Below are positions 55,162-64,000 of a stretch of 64,000 nt of DNA, in pieces. The notes beneath the pieces were generated by a model that saw only the letters and a list, made by a program, of their open reading frames with translations, was not told where the DNA came from and searched no databases. Made by a program: the position numbers and the translations under genes. The stretch is from Octopus vulgaris. Its lineage: Eukaryota. Position 1 is the stretch's first letter, and every line of letters begins with the position of its first letter. The stretch is taken from assembly GCA_951406725.2 (NCBI GenBank), contig OX597823.1, positions 112,840,001-112,904,000 of the forward strand, given 5' to 3'.

Positions 55162-55279
55162 TTTAAGAACAAAGGTATTTAGTAATAGGGAAAAGTGTGT
55201 AGAAACGAAACATTGTTAGCGCGTATATACATGCATATATACATACAGACAGGTGCGTGCGCGCACACACACACACATA

Positions 55280-55381
55280 TACGAGGGTTGTAGGGAAAGT
55301 CTTGAGTCTAAAAAAAGAGAAAAACATGGTACATGACTTCTGATGAAGATACAAGACTTCACTTTTCACACGACCCTCATA
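55280..55381. mobile_element. Tiny mariner-type MITE
   Basis: TACGAGGGTTGT... / ...ACGACCCTCATA termini in TA context. Confidence 0.6.
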
Positions 55382-55669
55382 TATATATGCGAATGTATAT
55401 ATGTATGTATATATATATGTGTGTGTGTGTGTGTACGTGTGTGTATGTATGTCAGTAATTTCATCAACGACGGACTGTAAATATTTTTGATATGATGGAC
55501 GGGGAGCGACGATCGAAATCATAGTGCGGCATACAGTGTACACTTTACAATTTCATATTTCAGAAGATAGCTTTTTTTGTTTATATGTTTTTCAAAGAAA
55601 TCCTTAACATATACCATAATGAAAACATCATAAGGAAATGTGATCGATTTAATCGAAGTAACCCACTAA

Positions 55670-55739
<70 letters not shown>

Positions 55740-55852
55740 CAATATCGGCTTTGTCTTGTGTAAACATAAAGTGAAAAGGGTTTTATTTTCAATGTTTTAT
55801 TTTTATTTCTCCGTGATTATATTTGCTTTGCCTCCCCACCAGAATATAATAA

Positions 55853-55942
<90 letters not shown>

Positions 55943-55957
55943 CGATAATAATAATTA
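55670..55957. repeat. (AAT)n and (TAG)n microsatellites
   Basis: Direct reading. Confidence 0.95.
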
Positions 55958-56844
55958 TAAGCAGAGCATCAGCGAGCGACCGTTGCAAGCTTCTCAGCCT
56001 TCACATCTATCATAAGACAGAATTACCTCAAAGGTAGACATCTCTTTTATGTTATTTACCTCTAAAATACTTATCGATGGAACAACAATAACGACAACAA
56101 CACTACCAACAAAATATTTATCTCAATAGAATTTGATTCTATTCAATGAAAATATATACAAATATACATAAACATACACACAAATACTTATATATATGCT
56201 TATATGTATATACGAATATTGGTATATCTACACACAATATATATATAGGTACATATGTATGTATGAATGTATGTATGCGTACTTATATAAGGAATAAAGT
56301 TATATATGAAAGGAAGTGTAAACTACCAAGGTGTGTTGTATAGAAATATCGTAATCATGGTGATTATAATGGCTGCGTTAGTGTTGTTGATAAATAACTA
56401 AGCCTGTATTTAGCAGAGATTTTCATCCCGTCAGACGTTTGAAGTTGCAAACTATATTGAGCAGCAAATAATACAAAGAATCAACCCTCACCAACCACAC
56501 AAACATACAAATGCACACGCATACATACAGGCACATACATAATCAATATATATATATATATATACATTATACATATTTATATTTATATGTATATATATGT
56601 ATGTATATCTGTTTAAATGTATATATATGTGTTTGTGTGTAGATACATAGGTACACATACATATATGTGCGTACATGTAAACATGTACATATACGTATAT
56701 AAGTAAATATATATGTATTTCTAAATATATGTGTATGTGGTCATGCGCGTATGTGTGTATACACTATATAAGTTATAACTTCACACTTCCAATCAACAAC
56801 GAAATATTTATTTGAATATTTATATATGCATACATATACACACA

Positions 56845-56936
<92 letters not shown>

Positions 56937-57066
56937 TTATATATATATATAACATAACATAAATATATACATACATGTATACTTATACATACATATATAT
57001 GTATATATGTATGTATACATCTATATCTGTATCTACATAATAAGTCTATCTATCTATCTTTCTCGC

Positions 57067-57119
<53 letters not shown>

Positions 57120-58094
57120 ATTTATGTATACATTTATGCCAGCTGTAATAGAGATCTAATAACGAGACGAAATTACAAGTACGACATACCATAAACAGCA
57201 GACATACAGAAATAGCAAGGAGATTTCTTACATGTTGATTACATGTTATGTCGTCTGTGTTATGGGATAAATTGAGTTGTCTTCTCATTATGACGTCTGT
57301 TAATTGCATCCGTAGTATTACTTGTTCCATCTTTATCACTTTTCTATTCCTTTATCTGTATTTCTCTTTGTGCAGCAGCGTATCCTGTCACCGTTTCTGT
57401 TTTCAGTTACATTTCTAATTCTTACATTTGATTTTTCTTTTCTTACACGTTTCCACGTATTCAGTTTCTGACCACCAATAAATATAAACACACAGAGTTA
57501 CAGTTACACACATACATTTTTTATTAGAGATATACTAATATTCTTGGCAGTTACAGTAGGGTGAAGAGCTAATCCCTAGGAGAACAGTTATTTCTATTCG
57601 TATTTATTAAATTACTTATATTCGTTTTACAACTAGAGCTAACTTATGCATAATTCATATTGAAATGCTTCTCGTATCTGTACAATTCTACTACAATTGC
57701 TTAAGCTTGATGTAGCTACCACGCTATATTGATTTTATTACATAATTCTATGTAATAAATTGTCAAGGAGGCAAAAAAGAATGGGACTTTCGGATTTCGA
57801 ATTCTTACGCATAGTTATAGAGAAGGAAGTAAAATAGCAACGAGTGGGATTCAAATTGCTCGTTTAAAGTTGAGCCCTAAACCTCTTCTAACAGTCTTAT
57901 TTTTATATGTCAATTACTATCAAATGCGTTTAGTTACCGATAAATCAAAAAGAGATAGTACTAGCAGAATCATTGCAACTTCATTTGTCACTATTTGCTT
58001 GGAAGTTAGTCTGTTGAAAAGCGTGTATTGGTGGCATTTGATTCTCGACTTTTGTATGCCTGTCTGTGTATTGTATGCCTGTCTGTGTATATAT

Positions 58095-58399
58095 ATCACG
58101 TGGTCACGTGACCGACCAGGCTATCAGATGTTGCTACACATCGCTGGTCACAATGCGCTTCGCATTGTCTTAGCCTTCGAATGACGTCACCCCGCTGCCT
58201 AAGCGGGCGGGCCAACAGAAGAGAGAGCGAGAGAAAGTTGTGGCGAAAGGGTACAGCAGGGATCACCACCACCCCCTGCCGGAGCCTCGTGAAGCTTTAA
58301 GTTGTTTTCGCTCAATAAACACTCACAACGTCCAGTCTGGGAATCGAAACAGCGATCTTACGATCGCGACTCCGCTGCCCTAACCATTGGGCCATTGCA
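58095..58399 (-). mobile_element. SINE with family C head and an alternative 3' tail
   Basis: 58230-58399 matches the family C head; 58095-58220 is unrelated to the family C tail. Confidence 0.88.
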
Positions 58400-58401
58400 C
58401 G

Positions 58402-58450
<49 letters not shown>

Positions 58451-58854
58451 CATATATATATATATGCTTCCACTTAAACGTGGATGTTTTTGCATCAATG
58501 TAACCATAGAAATCCACGCAGCGGCACATATCCGTCCACACGTATAAATGTATGCAAATAAGAAATGATAGAGAAAGAAATTGGAATCTACGATAAACTA
58601 TATTTTCTCGTATATTCTATTTTCCGTCTCTGTTGTTTGATATTTACTCAACGAACACGGAAGAACACCGGAGGCAGATCCAGCGAGAATTGTGTAAATA
58701 GCGTGGATGACATCAGGTGGCCACAGGCAGTGAACGTGCTTCATCAGCTTACTACTGGAAAATAATCCGCATTCAAATGTACACGGTGTCTACATATGTA
58801 TACAAAAATGTATACGCACGCATAAACACACGCACACACACACACACACACACG

Positions 58855-58887
<33 letters not shown>

Positions 58888-58920
58888 ACACGCACACGCA
58901 CACACACACACACACACACA

Positions 58921-59700
58921 AGGGAGAATGAGATAACAAATCCAAGGCTGTGAGGAGTTTTCAGGACATTTATAAGAAAATAACCTTACAGCTGTTTCTG
59001 GGATATTATGGATAACCTTTCATCAGAGACGGTGTGAGAAGGTTGAATTGAGGAAATATTTGAATTCGAATTATTATGAAAAAAGGAGGAGATAGCGTAT
59101 TTAGGGGGAAATAATAGAATGAAAATAGAAATAAGATATAAATAGATATGTTTTGTTGTATGAATGAAAATTTGAGAATATATTGGTAGTATTTGTGGAT
59201 AGATGGATGGAGGAGATATGTTTATGATAAGGAAGAGGAGGTCGGTCAAATTCAGAACAGGAAGAGAAAATGAGAGGAGGAAGGAGAGAAAAAAAGACAA
59301 AAAAGAAAAAGGGAGAGAGAAAACGAAAAGTGAAGGTAGTGAAGAAAGGGAAGAAAGGGTAAAAGAAGTGAGAAAAGAAGTGGTAGTTTGTGGCCAAGTT
59401 AAAGTGATTGGATGATGGGAGAGGAGTGGGGGAGGGATAGGAAGAGATGAGAAGGTAAGAAGTAAAAGAATGTGAGATATGTGAGTAGGGATGAGGGATG
59501 ATATGACAGCCCTGCATTAAGGGATAGGTAGAGAAAAGGTATGGGTGGAGTGATACTGAAGTGAGTAGTAGTTTTAGTAGTAAAATATGAGGTGGAGGAA
59601 AGAACACAAGGATGTCAAATTACTATAAATAGACGTATGTGATAGGTTAGTGATAGGTAGGAATCAGAGAAGAGGTAAAAAGGTATACTGACACACGTAC
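58921..59700 (-). mobile_element. Probable Penelope-like 3'UTR/pLTR (pyrimidine-rich tract leading to a hammerhead)
   Basis: Strong strand skew; terminal hammerhead; partial second copy at 61140-61310. Confidence 0.55.
58983..59030 (-). ncRNA. Type I minimal hammerhead motif, complete core
   Basis: Minus: GTCT-CTGATGA-AAGGTTATCCATAATATCCCA-GAAA-CAGCTG-TA-AGGT. Confidence 0.7.
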
Positions 59701-59812
59701 GTATGCACTCACATACATAATTATGTGCGAATATGTATACATACATATATACACACGCACATATATATATAGGCATATACATACGCATACATATATACAC
59801 AATAACAACATA

Positions 59813-59856
<44 letters not shown>

Positions 59857-60566
59857 ACAACACCCCGTAGGTAATCACGAACAATCCTACTTATTTCTAT
59901 TTTCATTTTTAATCTTTAATTTCTATCTTTCTCTAAGGATTACAATAATTTAATACTACATATATGGACACACAAGCGGATGCCTGTGTGAGTAAATGTG
60001 TGTACATGTATTTTATGTATGTATTTGTGTGTGGGTGTATGTATATATATATATATATATAAAGAAGTATTGGTTTAGAGCAAGCTTTAAATTTGGATCA
60101 ACGACTTTATATACAACACCACCCTTAAAACATTTAATCATATATAAAAGTCTCCATAGTTCCCAAACACATAAAAATAATACATATACATAAAATCTCA
60201 GACGGTAAAAATATATAATCGAATAAAATACAAATAGAACGGCCTATCAAAAAGTTAAATATATAAACAGTTAAAAATTCAAAATCTAACAAAAAGCCTA
60301 ATAGACAAATATGACATAAGTAAAGATAAACATAAATAAAAATAAAACAAATGTCCACCGACTAAAAAAATTTTTAAATATTTGAAAAAATATATATGAA
60401 ATAAGTCGTTTACTTCCCTCATACAAATACGTCGAAATTTCATAAGTAAACACACTTCCACAGGTCAAATTCACATACATCTTGAAAAAAGTTTCTTAAT
60501 CCCCTCACACAAGAACGTCCAAAAGTTCATAATGAGCAAACTTTACAGGTCAAATTTAACATTCAC

Positions 60567-60654
60567 GTATATCTATGGCCATTTTGGGAGCTCATCACCA
60601 CAGTTTATTTGAACTAAAGGGCATCACGGCGATGACCCCATCATCAGGATAAAC
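60567..60654 (-). ncRNA. Hammerhead motif with a single core mutation (G12>A)
   Basis: Minus: GTTTATC-CTGATGA-TGGGGTCATCGCC..GGTGATGAGCTCCC-AAAA-TGGCCA-TA-GATATAC. Confidence 0.65.
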
Positions 60655-60929
60655 AGGAAACAGAAAACACTCACAGGTCAATTTTTTATTATGAAAGGCT
60701 TAAGACTTTTATGAAAGGCTGATATAATTTAAAAGTCCAAATTTTCTGAAAAGAACAAAAAAGCAAAGAAAAGAAAAAATAGCTATTGCTAAACACTCAG
60801 GTGGCTGTAGTTAACAGAAATTCAACCTCACCGGTTTCAAATCTTTATCTTCGTCTCATTTAGATTTGAGCATTTCTTTTGCAGTTCTATAAATCCTTTT
60901 GTTTCTATAAAGAGACAAATATTATTTCT

Positions 60930-61009
<80 letters not shown>

Positions 61010-61400
61010 TATATGTATATACATATATATATGTATATACATATATATATTTGCATGTGTAAGTATGTGAGTGTGCATATATATATACAAATGTATACGA
61101 GTGTGTTTATGTATATATATGTATACGTAGGTCTCCGTGTGAATGAAAATTTGAGAATCTATGCGTAGTATTTGTGGATAGATGGATGGAGGAGATATGT
61201 GTATGATAAGAAAGAGGAGATCGGTCAAATTCAGAACACGAAGAGAAAATGAGAGGAAGAAAGAGAGAAAAAACAAAAAGTGAAGATAGTGAAGAAAGTG
61301 AAGAAAGGGTTTTCCAGCAACTTGGGTTGATGTAATCGACTTACCCTAATCGATCTTCGTTAGCCTTATGCCAAAATTTGGAACCTATATTATCATTATT

Positions 61401-61480
61401 GAGGTGGCGAGCTGGCTAAATCGTTAGCACGCCGAGCAAAAGGCATAGCGGCATTTCCACCATTTTTACGTTCTGAGTTC
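61401..61480 (+). mobile_element. SINE family A head only
   Basis: GGTGGCGAGCTGGCTAAATCGTTAGCACGCCG...TTACGTTCTGAGTTC. Confidence 0.8.
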
Positions 61481-62829
61481 GTTAATTACTAATCACATAT
61501 ATTCTTCCGGTTTATGAACAATTACTATAAGTGAATATTGTTAGTTATTTCATATATTTTAATTGGTTTTTATATTTTTTAATGGTAGGAGTTTTGTTTC
61601 TCATCTTTAAGATTTATAATCTCGGATGCTTATAGCTTACATTTGTTTGACGGCAGCCAATTTTTTCCATCGCTTATGTGTAAACCAGTTAAACTAGTTT
61701 CCTAAACAAGTCTGCAGATTCCGTTAGTATTCAATTGTAAAAACATTGTTTTTAGTGACAAAAAATTACCGATGTAACAATTATCTAATATATTCAATAT
61801 TATTTTATTTCAACAATATTCTATTTATTTTATTTTCAATAGCATATATTTTGTTGTTTCATACATCCATTAAAAATTTTGCTTGATTTTTTTTTCTCTT
61901 ACCTCTAACAATTTTGGCAGCGTTCCAAAGTTTGATTGTTGTAGACAAATACACGAACAGTATGGAAAGTTAGCAAATTAGCAGAGATTGAAAAAGTAAA
62001 AAATATAAAAAGTACAGTAAAGAAATAATAAACAGTATGTGAAGAGTTGAATAATGGAATTAAGAAGAAACAAATAGCAAATGATAAAAAAAAAAGGAGA
62101 AAAAAAAAACCTAAACAAAGCACGAATTGACGTAAGTTTGTTGGGGTTGCGATGAAGAAATAACAATGGAGAATAGACTGAAAAATACTGACAGAAATTT
62201 GCGAAAACAATTCTTGAAGTGAATCTGAAGTAAAAGTCTTAAACAGGTTAAACAACAACAATAATAATAATAACCAATATGAAAATGGGAAAGAAAAGAA
62301 AATGGCAAAAGCAGAATTATGATACGTACATACATACATACATGCATGCATACATACATACATGATATGCATATATATTTACCAGCTCCATTTTTCACAG
62401 TCAAAATAATCACAATAATGATTTCTAAGCTTGGCACAACACTAAATATTTAGCGAAATGGTATATCGTATAAAAATGCTATATTGCATAAAATGGGAAT
62501 TTACACAGATATAGCGTAGTACATTGGAAAATATTAAAGCTATTCGTAATATGTTACTGATAATGTAAGATGGCGTGCTGGCAGAATCGTTAGTGCGTAG
62601 GGCCACATTTCACCCGTGTTTGTTCTGAATTCAAATGTCATCGAATTTACAAACTATTAAGCCCATACAAAAAAAAACAACATGATTCTTTTTTCTCATT
62701 CATGTAACATGAAAAATTACCGTATGTAAGTGGTGTTCATTCTTTCAAGTTCATATATTTTAATTGGTTTGTATGGCTGTTATATATATAATGGTTAATT
62801 TAGGCAGCACTGTGTATATACATATGTAG

Positions 62830-62990
62830 TTCAGATTTATAGAAAAAACAAAAGACGGAGACAGGCGTAGGAACAACAAACAAGTGTATTAGGTTGACGC
62901 TCGGGAAAAATGGAAAAATAGTTTGTTTCGAGCCTACAACTCTTCGATAGAAGGGAATAAGAGGAAATGGAGAGAGGGAATGAAAGATAA
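62830..62990 (-). mobile_element. Diverged copy of the 1905-2070 family
   Basis: Minus: CCTT-CTATCGA-AGAGTTGTAGGCTC-GAAAC...CCGAGCGTCAACCTAATACAC. Confidence 0.7.
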
Positions 62991-63061
62991 TATATAAAGT
63001 AATATATATATATACACATAAACACATACATGATATATATATATGTAGATGTATGTAAGTT

Positions 63062-63120
<59 letters not shown>

Positions 63121-63324
63121 AGTATATATATCTGTAGATGTATGTAAGTATGTATATATATATGCTGGTGTGTTTACGTCCCGTCACTTAGTGGTTCGGC
63201 AAAAGAGACCGATAGTTGTATTTGGGGCTCGACTGGTCATGTTGCCAGTTTAGACAATAAAAACTCACGCACTATATATTTGGTGTTCACTTGCTTCAGC
63301 TTTATTTTATATTAATCGTATTTC

Positions 63325-63368
63325 GGCCAGAGTTCTTTCGTCACACTTCTGTGACCTCATCACTGGTT
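63325..63368 (-). ncRNA. Decayed minimal hammerhead motif (C3>G)
   Basis: Minus: CCA-GTGATGA-G-GTCAC agaagt GTGAC-GAAA-GAAC-TC-TGG, followed by AATAAA. Confidence 0.55.
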
Positions 63369-63639
63369 CGCATGCGTGTATGTATCCCGGGTATGTCTAT
63401 GTGTAAGTGTGTGTGGGAATGTGCCTGCATTATCAGTAACCCCTGTTTATACTCGCTTCGTTTAATTTACTTTTATTTATTTTATTTATTTGTTAATATC
63501 TACTTACTTTTTCTCTTCTTTCTATTTTTTGTATTTAATTTAATTTAATTTATTTTGTTAATGTATATTGTTATTTAACTCAATTTATTCATTTATCAAA
63601 TTAAATTAGTCGACGAATTTCTGAGAGACGCGCAGCCAA

Positions 63640-64000
63640 AGAACTGAGAAAAATACCACAGATGTGCGTGTAGCTGTGAGGGGAAATCATCGAATCATCA
63701 TCTACGGTTTATCAGAAGACGTGCAGATTAGTTACAGTTCAGTTCAGTTCAGTCCATTATCGCTGAAGAGTTGTGTACGAGACGCATGTCTACCAAGTTT
63801 GTGCCAAAATTGCTTTCAGCTGACAACGCACCTGCCCATTCAGCGCAATTTGTGCAGCAGTTTTTGGCTAGGTACAGCTTTCCCCAGGTCTAAAATCCAC
63901 TGTATTCTCCGGATCTCACCCCACTGCGAGTTTTACCTTTTTCCAAAAAAATCAAATTCGACACCGAGGAAATCAAAGTGAATGTGACGAAGCAGCTGCT
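63640..64000 (+). mobile_element. Mariner transposase remnant with internal deletion
   Basis: HTH-like GLSEDVQISYSSVQ, then STKFVPKLLSA fused directly to DNAPAHSAQFVQQFLA and YSPDL. Confidence 0.85.

Noticed and set aside
57135-57190. GAGAC-GAAA-TTACAAG-TA possible ribozyme relic (also 57560-57590)
   Set aside because: CUGANGA box missing or unpaired; cannot be distinguished from chance.
58560-58790. QIQRELCK resembling a mariner N-terminal HTH
   Set aside because: Too degenerate and no TIR identified.

Overview
AT-rich, microsatellite-dense eukaryotic non-coding DNA, most likely intronic or intergenic sequence from an octopus (inferred from recognisable tRNA-derived SINE families, not from a search). 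No intact host or transposon ORF is supported; almost all ORFs in the track are translations of simple repeats. The window contains three abundant SINE families, decayed LINE fragments (two RTE, one Tx1/L1, one R4/Dong), mariner/Tc1 remnants, two hAT MITEs, two non-autonomous Helitrons and a 47-nt U6 snRNA fragment. The main signal outside any ORF is about 15 type-I minimal hammerhead-ribozyme motifs (CUGANGA-stem II-GAAA-palindromic stem III-UH) from several unrelated repeat families. Five have an essentially complete catalytic core. Several lie inside long inverted repeats or between (TA)n tracts, which is the hallmark of Penelope-like element pseudo-LTRs or retrozyme-like units. Also present are long near-perfect palindromes, a SINE flanked by a ~317-bp direct duplication, and an inverted SINE copy that carries its neighbour's flank.
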